Below are positions 10,115 through 23,916 of a stretch of DNA of 64,000 nucleotides, piece by piece. The position numbers and the translations under genes are program-made. The DNA is from Oligoflexales bacterium (GTDB lineage: Bacteria; Bdellovibrionota_B; Oligoflexia; Oligoflexales; Bog-1112). Position 1 is the first letter of the stretch. Each line of letters starts with the position of its first letter. The notes below the pieces were generated by a model. That model searched no databases. It saw only the letters and a list, made by a program, of their open reading frames with translations, and was not told the origin of the DNA. The stretch spans positions 1 through 64,000 of the forward strand of contig JBGCDR010000286.1 of assembly GCA_045105515.1 (NCBI GenBank), in the 5' to 3' direction.

Positions 10115-10270
10115 ACCATCTCCTCACAGACTGAAAAAAAGGACTATCATCATTTGATAACCGATAAAATAGGTTTTCTCAACTGCAAACAGTCTTTTTT
10201 TCAAGGAGATTCACCCGTTAAGATGACTCTATAGATTTGAAGTTCTTAAAAACAACTTCAGTTATCGGCA

Positions 10271-11101
10271 TTAAATAAGAGAGTTCTGAGGTTTTAATAT
10301 TTCTAAAATACGCTCTAATTCTGAAGGAGAAAAATAAGACACTTCTATTCTTCCTTTAGAAGCGTTTCCTGTGACTCGAACTTTTGTCTGTAAAATAGTA
10401 CGTAAAGTCTCTGCAATATAATCAATATTATGATCAACTCTCGGCTCAGACGCTGTAGCTCCTGGTCTCAAAAATGCCTTGCATAGCTTGTTCGTTTGTT
10501 TAACATTCAAACCTTTTGCAACAACTGTTTTATGGACCTGAAGAATCAGTTCTTCCTTATTCAACTGTAAAAAAGCTTTTCCGTGAGCCACAGTTAGCTT
10601 AGAACACTCAATATCGGCTTTCACAGAATCAGGAAGGTTAAGCAGCCTCAAAAGATTTGCCACAGTCGTTCTGTCTTTACCCACTCGCTCCGCGCACTCT
10701 TCTTGTGTTAAACGGTGCTCACGAATTAAAGCATCAATAGCTTCAGCTTCCTCGATAGGATTCAAGTCTGCTCGTTGAATATTTTCGATCAAAGCGAGAG
10801 CAAGCAAATCTTTATCATGAGTCTTTTCAATAAGAGCTGGTATTGATGTTAAGCCTGCCTTTTTCGATGCTCTTAAACGCCTCTCCCCAGCCACTAACTC
10901 CCAGCGCCCACCACTAGGTGCCTGCCGGACTAAAATAGGCTGTAGAACACCGTGATTCAATATCGAAGAAGTAAGGTCCTTTAAATCCCCATCATCAAAC
11001 ACCCGCCTTGGCTGCTTAGGGTTTGGGTCAACAAGAGATATAGGAAGCAAGCGATATTTCGAAGATGGCTCATAATGAGAGGGTTTAACTTCTATATCCA
11101 T
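10271..11101 (-). CDS. parB: Chromosome partitioning protein ParB/Spo0J
   Basis: NPKQPRRVF, GVLQPILVR, ELVAGERRLRA (CTP box), LIENIQRADLNPIEEA, HTH. Confidence 0.97.
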   Translation of the reverse strand: MDIEVKPSHYEPSSKYRLLPISLVDPNPKQPRRVFDDGDLKDLTSSILNHGVLQPILVRQAPSGGRWELVAGERRLRASKKAGLTSIPALIEKTHDKDLLALALIENIQRADLNPIEEAEAIDALIREHRLTQEECAERVGKDRTTVANLLRLLNLPDSVKADIECSKLTVAHGKAFLQLNKEELILQVHKTVVAKGLNVKQTNKLCKAFLRPGATASEPRVDHNIDYIAETLRTILQTKVRVTGNASKGRIEVSYFSPSELERILEILKPQNSLI

Positions 11102-11196
11102 TTTAAAACTCCAGCAAAAGATTTAAAGAACCATAAACCAATCTTAAGACACACTCAAAAGAAAGTGTCAAAACTTTAAGTCGCTATAATCACTAA

Positions 11197-11212
11197 TGTT
11201 CCTCAAGGAACA
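11197..11212. promoter_or_regulatory. parS-like site (variant)
   Basis: TGTTCCTCAAGGAACA vs canonical TGTTCCACGTGGAACA; 96 bp upstream of parB. Confidence 0.65.
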
Positions 11213-11526
11213 CTCTGTTCTTCGCTATCATATAGTGGAACAATGAATTTGAAAACAGAAAGATAGCAGGATAAATTTTAGCATAAACCCACGGAAAGAA
11301 CGTTTTAGGGCAAACATTTTTTCTATCTCTTAAAAACGACAAGAATCTTTCGCTGTACTTCAAATAATATTTTTAATAACTAATTTTTTCAAAAGTTTCT
11401 AAAAACTTAATTTATTCAAAAATAAACTTACTTAAAATATTATTTATAATATTTTATAAAATTTTGTATAAAATACATATATTAATTTAATTATTTATAG
11501 AAATATAAACTTTTTCTTATTTTATA

Positions 11527-11736
11527 CCGACATTGATTACGTCTGCCGCTGCTTTTTTGATATAACTTCTAATAGCCTGTAAATATGTTACTTAATCAAA
11601 ATATAAAATCGACTCCCACATAACCTTCTGCAACGATTTAAGATGAGCAAAAAACTCTGAAGTCTATTCAGTCAGCACTTCTACTATGTCAACTATGGAA
11701 AAGAAAAAAAGTAGCGGCAGACGTAATCAATGTCGG
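11527..11736. mobile_element. MITE-like element, 24-bp terminal inverted repeats, 6-bp flanking duplication
   Basis: CCGACATTGATTACGTCTGCCGCT (11527-11550) / AGCGGCAGACGTAATCAATGTCGG (11713-11736); TTTATA on both outer sides; no internal ORF. Confidence 0.65.
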
Positions 11737-11953
11737 TTTATATTTAAAAAATGATTTTATAAAAAATTACAATGTATATTAAAAATACATCTTTTTATTT
11801 TGATAAAAATCAAAAAATAAAGATAAGCCATGAAAAAATATCAATGCAAACGACAATATTATTATTCGAATAGTATAAATTTTAAATAAAAGATGAAAAA
11901 CAGAGGAAGACTTAGAGAAGGGAAAAGGAAACTAAATTGAAATAAATGACTAG

Positions 11954-11969
11954 TGTTCCTCAAGGAACA
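11954..11969. promoter_or_regulatory. Second parS-like site inside a longer hairpin (possible atpE terminator)
   Basis: Identical TGTTCCTCAAGGAACA within AAATGACTAGTGTTCC-TCAA-GGAACACCAGTCATTT. Confidence 0.65.
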
Positions 11970-11995
11970 CCAGTCATTTCAATCACTTATAGAAA

Positions 11996-12307
11996 TCAGA
12001 TGTTTTTTTGGATCATAAAAGCAATAGCAAAACTCAAAAGAGCTTGGAACTCCATAAAAACCAAACCAAGCATAAAAGGGGTAAAAATATCCCCTCGTGC
12101 ACCAGGGTTTCTGGCAATTCCTTCTAATGCCGAGCTAGCTGCTCGACCTTGACCACCAGCGGCGCCCATTGCTCCCATACCAATCGCCAATGCAGCACCC
12201 AAAGCAATCAAACCGCTTGAGTAGCTACTGCCACCGTCAGAGGCAAATGCATAAGAACTTCCAGCAAATGCAGCCAATGCTAAAAAACCATTCAAAACAT
12301 GTTTCAT
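11996..12307 (-). CDS. atpE: ATP synthase F0 subunit c, with signal-like N-terminal extension
   Basis: GAALAIGMGAMGAAGGQG...EGIARNPGA...GLVFME. Confidence 0.96.
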   Translation of the reverse strand: MKHVLNGFLALAAFAGSSYAFASDGGSSYSSGLIALGAALAIGMGAMGAAGGQGRAASSALEGIARNPGARGDIFTPFMLGLVFMEFQALLSFAIAFMIQKNI

Positions 12308-12329
12308 AAAAACTCCGTATTAAAACGCA

Positions 12330-13184
12330 TCAATGATCGTGCGAAATCGCTAAATTAATATAAATAGCTGTCATTAAAGCAAAAATAAAGCTTTGTACAC
12401 ACGCTACCAATAATCCAAACAACATTAGAACAGCAGGCACACCCACCGGAACCAATTGACTAAAAACACCAACCAACAAATGATCCCCGAAGACATTCGC
12501 AGTCAAGCGAAGTCCCAACGATAAAGGTCTACCCATATGACTCATAATCTCAAGGCACAAGAACAGTGGCCCAATAGCCATAACTGGTCCCCAAAATTGC
12601 TTCACATAGCCAATCCCGTGTTCCTTTATCCCAGCGACATTATAGACAATAAATGCAAAAAGACCGATAGCTAAATTCGCTGAGAAATTTTCTGTCGCAG
12701 GAGGGAACCCAGGTACAAGGCCCATTAAGTTTGTAATAAGAACAAAAAAGAAAATAGCAGAGAGCGGCGTCAGGTACTTTTTATAATCTTTACCACATTG
12801 GCTTTCCGCAATATGAAAAACAACATCAAGTGCCGACTCAACGAAAAATCGCAAGTTCACAAAACCTGAGGGTTTCACTTCTCCCTGCCTAGCAGCCTTA
12901 GAGTACCAGCTCCCTAAGACAATAGTAATCAACAGTGTCAACAAAGAGCTCAGCATTAACCTTGTAGGCTCTCCACCACCAATAGCATGCTCAATAGTTG
13001 CAAAATAGTTAACAGCACCACCACTCGCCATTAACAACTCAGGAACACAAACCAGAAAAGATATAAAAAGAAACAAAGCCGCACCTCTTTTTTTACATAC
13101 TTCCGGTTTATCCCAAACAGGCTTATTTGCACAACCCCTTCGAAGCTGTTTTTTGTGGATATCCACCCCATCCCCAGACAGCAC
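12330..13184 (-). CDS. atpB: ATP synthase F0 subunit a (true start probably downstream of 13184)
   Basis: NLMGLVPGFPPAT, RPLSLGLRLTANVFGDH and VQSFIFALMTAIYI motifs. Confidence 0.95.
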   Translation of the reverse strand: MLSGDGVDIHKKQLRRGCANKPVWDKPEVCKKRGAALFLFISFLVCVPELLMASGGAVNYFATIEHAIGGGEPTRLMLSSLLTLLITIVLGSWYSKAARQGEVKPSGFVNLRFFVESALDVVFHIAESQCGKDYKKYLTPLSAIFFFVLITNLMGLVPGFPPATENFSANLAIGLFAFIVYNVAGIKEHGIGYVKQFWGPVMAIGPLFLCLEIMSHMGRPLSLGLRLTANVFGDHLLVGVFSQLVPVGVPAVLMLFGLLVACVQSFIFALMTAIYINLAISHDH

Positions 13185-13518
13185 CTGTTAATATTAATCC
13201 ATATAAACAGCCCACTACGAGAAATTCAGGAGAAAAATCTTCCAATTTATCCACAACCCAGAAAACATATAACCACACCGGGAGTTTCAACAAAAGGCAT
13301 CCCCAGCCGAAAACTTTTCCAGACGCCCCCTTAGCCAGAAGAACCCCCCAAAGGCCGGCAAGCATCAAAAGTACACTCAAGCCAAAAAACAAAACTCCAA
13401 ATAAGATTTCATATTGCTGAACAAAAAAAACTTTCAACAAAACAATACTCAAACCATAACTCACTAACCACACAAGCATGTTTTGCTTTAAAGTCAGTCG
13501 ATTTGAAACACGATTCAT
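13123..13518 (-). CDS. ATP synthase protein I-like membrane protein
   Basis: Four hydrophobic segments, LLLKLP motif, directly upstream of atpB. Confidence 0.6.
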   Translation of the reverse strand: MNRVSNRLTLKQNMLVWLVSYGLSIVLLKVFFVQQYEILFGVLFFGLSVLLMLAGLWGVLLAKGASGKVFGWGCLLLKLPVWLYVFWVVDKLEDFSPEFLVVGCLYGLILTGAVWGWGGYPQKTASKGLCK

Positions 13519-13521
13519 ACT

Positions 13522-13788
13522 TTAATCCTTATCATCATTCTGAAGCTTTATGGCCATCCAAACAAAACCATGCAGACTCAAAAAAACACCTGAAAAAACA
13601 GATATTTCCATCCAAGGTATCTCTGAGGAGTAGTTCTGTTCTAGCCACTCTCCCAACGCATAACTTCCCAGCAAACACGTCAGTCCATGAACGACACTTG
13701 CTCCTACTTGTCCAAACGCTTTTAAATAAGGATCCAAAAAAACCACCAAGAGAAATAAAGCTCTATATTCACAGCTCAAAACAACCAA
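13522..13788 (-). CDS. AtpZ/AtpI-family small membrane protein (start uncertain)
   Basis: Two TM segments with GSYALGEWLEQNY...PW pattern; first gene of the atp F0 cluster. Confidence 0.55.
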   Translation of the reverse strand: MVVLSCEYRALFLLVVFLDPYLKAFGQVGASVVHGLTCLLGSYALGEWLEQNYSSEIPWMEISVFSGVFLSLHGFVWMAIKLQNDDKD

Positions 13789-13895
13789 TTCAATGACTTT
13801 TTCAAACTTGCTATTTTTAAGGCTTATATGCTAGTTTGTGCATTCGTTCTGCGGTTCTACCGTTTTTTAGCCATAATCCAAGCCTAGGGTGAGCC

Positions 13896-15308
13896 ATGAT
13901 GGACATGAATTTCAGAGAAACTTCTGGAAGTTCATCACAGTCGAACGACACTGATGCATGGACGGATATCAATCAACAAATTCGCTCTCTTTTGCCTGAA
14001 GAAGTTTACAGCATTTGGATTGAGCCTATTTCAGCACAAATTCAAGATAATAAGCTCGAGCTTACAGCCCCAAATTCAACTTTTCAGCAAGGTCTCAATG
14101 AGCACTACCTCGAGATCATTAAGTGCTGCGCTCAAGAGAAAGGCTGGGGACACCTAACAATCGAAGTTATTCTCGCCCCACAAGAGCTCCCTGAGCAAGA
14201 CAACCTTACTTTAGAAGCAAGTGAAAACGGATCCCCAAAAGACGCCTCTGCATTCTCTAGCAAGCCGGAAACAACAACAAAGTTAAATCCAAATTATACT
14301 TTCCAGAATTTCGTACGAGGGCCTAGCAATCAATTTGCGTTAGCGACATGTTTAAATGTTGCAGAAAATCCAGGTCAGAACTACAACCCACTGTTTTTAT
14401 ATGGTTCAACAGGACTAGGTAAAACTCATTTATTGCACGCTGTAGGCAACCAAGTTCTTGCAATCAACCCTTCTGCGATCGTGACCTATATAAGCAGTGA
14501 ACGCTTTATGAATGAAATGATTTACTGCATCCGTCACAACAAGATGTGGGATTTTCGGCAAAAATACAGAAATTGCGATGTCTTTATGGTCGATGATATT
14601 CAGTTCATCTCTGGCAACAAAGCTGCTACACAAGAAGAGTTTTTTCACACTTTTAACACTCTGTACGAAGCTAAAAAACAAATCATTATTACATCAGACC
14701 TCTTTCCCCAGGATATTCCAGATATTGAGGAACGGCTAAGAAATAGATTCCAATGGGGCCTTATCGCTGACATTCAACCCCCTGATGTCGAGCACCGTAT
14801 TGCAATTCTTATGAATAAAGCGGACTCCCTAGGTGTTCAGCTTTCCTACGATGTCGGCGAATATATAGCGAACCATGCAAATAGAAACATTCGAGAACTT
14901 GAAGGAGCGCTTCATAGGCTCGCAGCTTTTGCCACACTACAAGGAAGACCTCTAAATAAAAGCCTCGCTCAAGAGATTTTCCGTTCTGTCTTACCTGAGC
15001 CCCCAAAAGAACTAGGGGTTGAAACAGTACAAAAGCTTGTTGCTGAACACTTCAAAATAAAAGTCTCAGACCTCAAGTCTAAAAAAAGACAACGCAGCCT
15101 AAGTTTACCACGACAGATTGCTATGTACCTTTGTCGACAGTACACAGAAGCTTCATTTCCAGACATCGGTGATAAATTTGGTGGAAAAAACCACACAACT
15201 GTCATGCATGCTGTTAAAAAAGTTGATAACGATCGTCTCAAAGATCTTGAGCTTAAGACATGCCTAGAAACCCTAGGCCGTCGGCTTGATCAAACATCAA
15301 AACAGTGA
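13896..15308 (+). CDS. dnaA: Chromosomal replication initiator DnaA
   Basis: YNPLFLYGSTGLGKTHLL, DDIQF, QEEFFHTFNTL and RQIAMYL...GGKNHTTVMHA motifs. Confidence 0.99.
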   Translation: MMDMNFRETSGSSSQSNDTDAWTDINQQIRSLLPEEVYSIWIEPISAQIQDNKLELTAPNSTFQQGLNEHYLEIIKCCAQEKGWGHLTIEVILAPQELPEQDNLTLEASENGSPKDASAFSSKPETTTKLNPNYTFQNFVRGPSNQFALATCLNVAENPGQNYNPLFLYGSTGLGKTHLLHAVGNQVLAINPSAIVTYISSERFMNEMIYCIRHNKMWDFRQKYRNCDVFMVDDIQFISGNKAATQEEFFHTFNTLYEAKKQIIITSDLFPQDIPDIEERLRNRFQWGLIADIQPPDVEHRIAILMNKADSLGVQLSYDVGEYIANHANRNIRELEGALHRLAAFATLQGRPLNKSLAQEIFRSVLPEPPKELGVETVQKLVAEHFKIKVSDLKSKKRQRSLSLPRQIAMYLCRQYTEASFPDIGDKFGGKNHTTVMHAVKKVDNDRLKDLELKTCLETLGRRLDQTSKQ

Positions 15309-15578
15309 GGCCCTGTGGATAAGTCTGTGCATAACTCTCGTTTTTCTGTGGATAAGTCTGTGCATAACCTGTGCATAGAATTTTCTCGTCAAGACAGCTT
15401 GAAAGTTATACACAGGTTATGCACAGGTTATGCACAGGTTTGTGCACAGAAAGAAACCATTAGAAGCTGTTTCTTTACAACGAGTTACAAGGTTATCCCC
15501 AGGCTGGTCGGGTACACTATATCTATCTACTATTATTCTTTATTAAAATAAAGAATCCTATATATAATTAAGGACCTC
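15309..15578. other. oriC (DnaA-box arrays plus DnaA-trio/AT-rich unwinding element)
   Basis: TGTGGATAA at 15314 and 15347, TGTGCATAA at 15326 and 15359, TTATACACA 15406, TTATGCACA 15417 and 15428, TTATCCCCA 15493, followed by CTATATCTATCTACTATTATT. Confidence 0.9.
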
Positions 15579-19167
<3,589 letters not shown>

Positions 19168-19177
19168 GATGTGAGCT

Positions 19178-21718
19178 ATGAGTACACAGCAAAATGTTGT
19201 TCCAGTTAGTATCGAAAGCGAGATGCGGACGTCGTTTCTTGATTATTCGATGAGTGTTATTGTTTCTCGCGCGCTCCCAGATGTGCGTGATGGTTTGAAG
19301 CCTGTCCATAGGCGGATTTTGTATGCGATGCATGGGCTTAAAAACTATAGCAATAAGCCATATATGAAGTCTGCTCGTGTTGTTGGGGATGTGATTGGTA
19401 AATATCACCCTCACGGAGATAAGGCTGTTTATGATGCTCTTGTACGCTTAGCCCAAGAATTTTCTATGCGTTATCCACTGGTTGATGGGCAGGGAAACTT
19501 TGGATCTATTGACGGTGATTCGGCAGCTGCTATGCGTTATACAGAATGTCGTATGCAGAGTCTCAGTGAGAAACTTCTCGACGACTTAGATAAGGACACG
19601 ATTGATTTCGTGCCGAATTACGATAACAAAGACGTTGAGCCAGAAGTCATGCCAGCTCGTTACCCTCAGCTTCTTGTGAACGGAGCCTCAGGTATTGCGG
19701 TCGGAATGGCAACAAATATACCTCCGCATAATTTGTCCGAAATTGTTGATGCTGTGAATGCATTAATTGATAATTCTGATATTAGTATTTCTGAGCTTAT
19801 GGAGTACGTTAAAGGCCCTGACTTCCCTACCTACGGTGCTATCCATGGCTTGTCAGGTATTAAAGATGCTTATGAAACAGGCCGCGGCTCGATTCTTATT
19901 AGAGGAAAAGCCGAAGTTGTGGAGCAGGAGAGCGGCAGAGAGCGAATTATTATTACGGAAATACCGTATCAAGTGAACAAAGCTCGACTTATAGAGAAAA
20001 TTGCAGAATTAGTTCGAGATAAAAAGCTTGAAGGTATATCGGATCTTCGTGATGAGTCGTCAAAAGATGGTATTCGTGTTGTTGTTGAAATTAAACGCCA
20101 AGACTCAGGTGATATTGTTTTAAACCATTTGTATAAAATGACTCAACTTCAAACAACTTTTGGTGTGAATCTTTTAGGCCTAGTCAAGGGTACTCCTAAG
20201 CTTTTGAATTTAAAAGATATGCTCAGAGAGTTCTACGATCATCGTCGAGATGTAGTTTTACGTCGGACAGCTTTTCTTTTACGTAAAAGTGAAGCTCGAG
20301 CGCATGTTCTTTTGGGGCTAAAGGTTGCTGTTGAGAATGCAGATCCTGTGATTGAATTGATTCGTAAGTCGTCGAACACAGAAGAAGCTCAACGCGAATT
20401 AATGTTACGGTTTGAATTGGATGAAATTCAAGCTAAAGCAATTTTGGATATGAGGCTTGCAAAACTTACAGGTCTTGAACGTGAAAAGATCGTCAAAGAG
20501 CACGATGATCTTATGGTAGAGATTAAAGACTTTAAGGATATTCTTGCGACGCCGTCGCGTGTGACAGAAATTATCCGTGAAGAGCTCAAAGAAATTAAAG
20601 ATGAATTCGGTGATGGGCGTAGAACTGTTGTTGTTCCTCACGCTGCTGGTGATTTTACAATGGAGAGCCTTGTCTCTGATGACCCTGTTATTGTAACAAT
20701 TACTCAAGCTGGTTATGTAAAAAGAACGCCTTTGGTTGATGTACAAGCACAGCGCAGAGGCGGCAAGGGTCGTAGCGGTATGTTGACGAAGTCTGATGAC
20801 TTTGTGTCTAAAGTGTTTACAACAAGCAATCATCAGAACGTTCTTTGTTTTACGAACGTAGGCCGTGTTTTTAATCTAAAAGTTTACCAATTTCCAGAGT
20901 CTCCTTTAAGAGCAAGGGGCAAGCATTTATCTAGTTTAATACCTTTAGACGATGGCGAAGCTGTTGTTTCTTCTTTGCCAATTAAAGAATTTGTGGATGA
21001 TCAGTATGTTTTATCTGTTACTCGCAATGGCTATATTAAGAAAACAGACCTTATGGCCTACTCTAATGTTCGTTCCACCGGGATTATTGGTTTAAAACTT
21101 GATGACAATGATTCTCTTGTGAACTGCCAGTTAAGTGACGGAACTAGTGAAGTTCTTCTCGCGACTCGTATGGGAAAAGCGATTCGTTTCCCCGAGAGTG
21201 AAGTTCGTCCTATGGGTCGAGCTTCTCGAGGTGTCACCGGGATTCGTTTTCAAGATGAAGAAGATGCTGTGATTGCTATTGAGGTCGTAAGTGCCGATAG
21301 TGAGATGAAAGTTTTAACTGTTTGTGAAGCTGGCTTTGGTAAGCGAAGTGAGTTGAGCGAATATCGAACTCAATCTCGAGGTGGAAAAGGCGTTTATACA
21401 ATTCGTGTTAGTGAAAGAAACGGTCCTGTTGTTGGTATGGTCTTAATGGGTGATGATGATCAGCTTGTGATTATGACTTCAGCAGGTAATTTGGTTCGTT
21501 TTAGAATCAATCAAGTTTCTGTAGTTGGCCGTCACACACAGGGCGTGAACTTGGTTCGTGTTGCAGATGACGAGCAAGTCATTAGCGTAGGACGAGTTGC
21601 TGCAGAAGATTGTGAAGACGAAGAAAATGAAGAAGACCATGATATTCAAACGCAAGAAGAAGGTCATGCTGCCGCTGTTGTGCCGACTGACGCGATAGAC
21701 GAGGGCTCTGAAGATTGA
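19178..21718 (+). CDS. gyrA: DNA gyrase subunit A
   Basis: [22 protein letters not shown], GyrA box QRRGGKG, acidic tail. Confidence 0.99.
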   Translation: MSTQQNVVPVSIESEMRTSFLDYSMSVIVSRALPDVRDGLKPVHRRILYAMHGLKNYSNKPYMKSARVVGDVIGKYHPHGDKAVYDALVRLAQEFSMRYPLVDGQGNFGSIDGDSAAAMRYTECRMQSLSEKLLDDLDKDTIDFVPNYDNKDVEPEVMPARYPQLLVNGASGIAVGMATNIPPHNLSEIVDAVNALIDNSDISISELMEYVKGPDFPTYGAIHGLSGIKDAYETGRGSILIRGKAEVVEQESGRERIIITEIPYQVNKARLIEKIAELVRDKKLEGISDLRDESSKDGIRVVVEIKRQDSGDIVLNHLYKMTQLQTTFGVNLLGLVKGTPKLLNLKDMLREFYDHRRDVVLRRTAFLLRKSEARAHVLLGLKVAVENADPVIELIRKSSNTEEAQRELMLRFELDEIQAKAILDMRLAKLTGLEREKIVKEHDDLMVEIKDFKDILATPSRVTEIIREELKEIKDEFGDGRRTVVVPHAAGDFTMESLVSDDPVIVTITQAGYVKRTPLVDVQAQRRGGKGRSGMLTKSDDFVSKVFTTSNHQNVLCFTNVGRVFNLKVYQFPESPLRARGKHLSSLIPLDDGEAVVSSLPIKEFVDDQYVLSVTRNGYIKKTDLMAYSNVRSTGIIGLKLDDNDSLVNCQLSDGTSEVLLATRMGKAIRFPESEVRPMGRASRGVTGIRFQDEEDAVIAIEVVSADSEMKVLTVCEAGFGKRSELSEYRTQSRGGKGVYTIRVSERNGPVVGMVLMGDDDQLVIMTSAGNLVRFRINQVSVVGRHTQGVNLVRVADDEQVISVGRVAAEDCEDEENEEDHDIQTQEEGHAAAVVPTDAIDEGSED

Positions 21719-22683
21719 TATCAGAGGAGTTTCATCATAGAGCACAAGAGATTCTTTCTCCTTACTTGGGTGACAGAATCCCTTGTGCTTCTGTGTTTGT
21801 GGGACGTCTTGATCTTCCTGATCCTCCTTTGGAGTATCAGGCTGGAAGGCGAGGTCTTTTTGATCTAGCCAGTCTAACAAAGGCTCTTGTCACAGCACCT
21901 TTAGTCCATAATTTTTTTGATTATAAAAAAAACCTTGGAGATTATACTGATGATCTTCCCGATCGCCTGGCTTGTTTGAATATTGAAAACCTCCTGCAAC
22001 ATTGTTCAGGATTGCCTTGGTGGTCAAATTTTTGGATCAATCACGCTCCTTTTGAAAATCACATGTCATGGCAAAGAAGAAGAATTTTTGTATTGAAGCA
22101 CCTCGAAGAGGTATTTCAACAAAATCCTCCAGCTCACCCCCCTCGCTACAGTGATGTTGGTTATGTTTTGCTGGGTCTTGCTCTTGAAAAATTTTTGGAG
22201 CAAGATCTTAAAAATATTTTCGAAAATTTTTTATTAGAGCGTGGTTCTTTTGAGTTGATGTATCACCCCCCTAGAGATGAAGCTTTACCAACAGCGTATT
22301 GTCCAATTTCTGATAAACGTTTGTTTGGAGAACCACATGATGAAAATGTCCGCTCTATGGGTGGAGTGTCAGGTCATGCAGGTTTATTTGGGACTCCCCT
22401 TGGAGTGTGGAAATGGCTTCGTTTTTTGTGTTCTCATTCGAATGCTTTTTTTAAAGAGGGATGTCTTGGTTGGCAACAAGCAAAAGACTTTCAGAGTGCA
22501 GCAACTTTCGGTCGCTCTGATACTTTTGGTCACTTAGGATTCACGGGGACGTCATTTTGGGTGTGTCCTTCAACGCTTAAGGCTGTAGTTTTTTTAAGCA
22601 ACCGTGTGTATTCACAGAGGCAATCACCGTGGATGACTCAAGTGCGACAGCAAATTTCAATTCTCGCAGAAGAGGCTTTGTAA
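21715..22683 (+). CDS. Serine hydrolase, beta-lactamase family
   Basis: FDLASLTK (SxxK), [21 protein letters not shown] and GHLGFTGTS motifs. Confidence 0.9.
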   Translation: MISEEFHHRAQEILSPYLGDRIPCASVFVGRLDLPDPPLEYQAGRRGLFDLASLTKALVTAPLVHNFFDYKKNLGDYTDDLPDRLACLNIENLLQHCSGLPWWSNFWINHAPFENHMSWQRRRIFVLKHLEEVFQQNPPAHPPRYSDVGYVLLGLALEKFLEQDLKNIFENFLLERGSFELMYHPPRDEALPTAYCPISDKRLFGEPHDENVRSMGGVSGHAGLFGTPLGVWKWLRFLCSHSNAFFKEGCLGWQQAKDFQSAATFGRSDTFGHLGFTGTSFWVCPSTLKAVVFLSNRVYSQRQSPWMTQVRQQISILAEEAL

Positions 22684-22685
22684 TA

Positions 22686-23720
22686 TTGTTTGACTTTGGA
22701 GTTGTGGGCTCTGGTATTGCGGGTCTTATGTTTGCGCAAGAAGCTGTCAATAACGGCTTTTCTGTGGGCGTTGTTTCTTCTAAAAAAAATAGCCCTGCAT
22801 CAGCTGCTGCTGTTGGAATGAGTGCAATTAAGGGTGTTCAAGATCCAAGAGACCCTTTTTTTGCGAGTAAGATACAAGGGCATGATGATTTTGCTCACAT
22901 ACTTTGTGACCTACAAAGCACTTTTTCTGGCCAAATATGGCAAATGGGTGTTTGGGAATTGTTTGCAGACAAAAAGTCTTATCAAGCCATATGTGAGCGT
23001 ATTTATCATCGGAAGTGGAGAGGGCATAAAGATGTCTTAACGCTAAAACGCAAAGATTTATTGGCTAGCTCTTTGCCGGCAGAGGCTATGCATGCGACCG
23101 AGTCTTTAGGAGGGTTGTTTTATCCTAGAGATTATTCTTTTAGCCCTTTTCAGGTTCTTAACGCTTTGAAAACATCGTTAAAGAGCCGAGGGGTTTCTTT
23201 TTTTGATATGGATGTTCATAAGGTTGATGCTTCTGAGGCTTTTTCTCTTGAGGGGTCTTTAAAAGTCAAACACCTTGTCTTAGCAGCAGGGGCTTCAACT
23301 CCACAGCTGTTAGTGAATTCAGGCTATGAATTTAATCGTGATGTTTTATGGAAGACAACACCAGGAATCACATATGAAACTTCATGGAAAGGTCCTCAAG
23401 GAGCGATTAAGTGGGGACAGTCAGGACTTGTGGCATCTGGCCAGATTTTGCGTTTTGGATCTGATGATGCTGAGGTTGGAAGCCCGGACTCTTGGTGTGA
23501 AAAAATAAATAATTTTTATTGCATTGGTGTACCACCGGACAGTGTCCAAATACATAAAGGAGTGCGGCTAAGAGCTCAAGGGCGCAAACCTGTTGTTGAG
23601 GCTGCATATCATGAGAAAAAACCACCTATTTGGGTTTTAAGTGGATTTCATCGTAACGGGTATACACTTGCCGTAGAGGCCTCAAAGAGGCTTTTTAATA
23701 AGATTATTGAGTATCAATGA
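22686..23720 (+). CDS. FAD-dependent oxidoreductase (DAO/ThiO-like)
   Basis: VVGSGIAG FAD motif, LVLAAGA, GVR...GFHRNGYTLA; TTG start at 22686 chosen. Confidence 0.8.
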   Translation: MFDFGVVGSGIAGLMFAQEAVNNGFSVGVVSSKKNSPASAAAVGMSAIKGVQDPRDPFFASKIQGHDDFAHILCDLQSTFSGQIWQMGVWELFADKKSYQAICERIYHRKWRGHKDVLTLKRKDLLASSLPAEAMHATESLGGLFYPRDYSFSPFQVLNALKTSLKSRGVSFFDMDVHKVDASEAFSLEGSLKVKHLVLAAGASTPQLLVNSGYEFNRDVLWKTTPGITYETSWKGPQGAIKWGQSGLVASGQILRFGSDDAEVGSPDSWCEKINNFYCIGVPPDSVQIHKGVRLRAQGRKPVVEAAYHEKKPPIWVLSGFHRNGYTLAVEASKRLFNKIIEYQ

Positions 23721-23782
23721 AAAATTTAAAAAAGAGCCGAGATCTTTTTTAATTTATTGTATTTTGAATATATAAGAGAAGA

Positions 23783-23859
<77 letters not shown>

Positions 23860-23916
23860 ATCAGAGAAAGAATATTTACCTTCCAGAGTTTTTTTTGTCA
23901 ACAGAGATTTTTGTGA

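Noticed and set aside
11350..11940. AT-rich spacer as another plastid fragment or a second origin
   Set aside because: It has no plastid gene remnants and no DnaA boxes, and is flanked on both sides by the same parS-like 16-mer, so it belongs to the bacterial locus.
13247..13255. Perfect DnaA box TTATCCACA
   Set aside because: It is a single copy inside a coding region; chance cannot be excluded.
15315..15551. 78-aa ORF and CRISPR-like short repeats between dnaA and dnaN
   Set aside because: The repeats are DnaA boxes with no spacers; the ORF is incidental to oriC.
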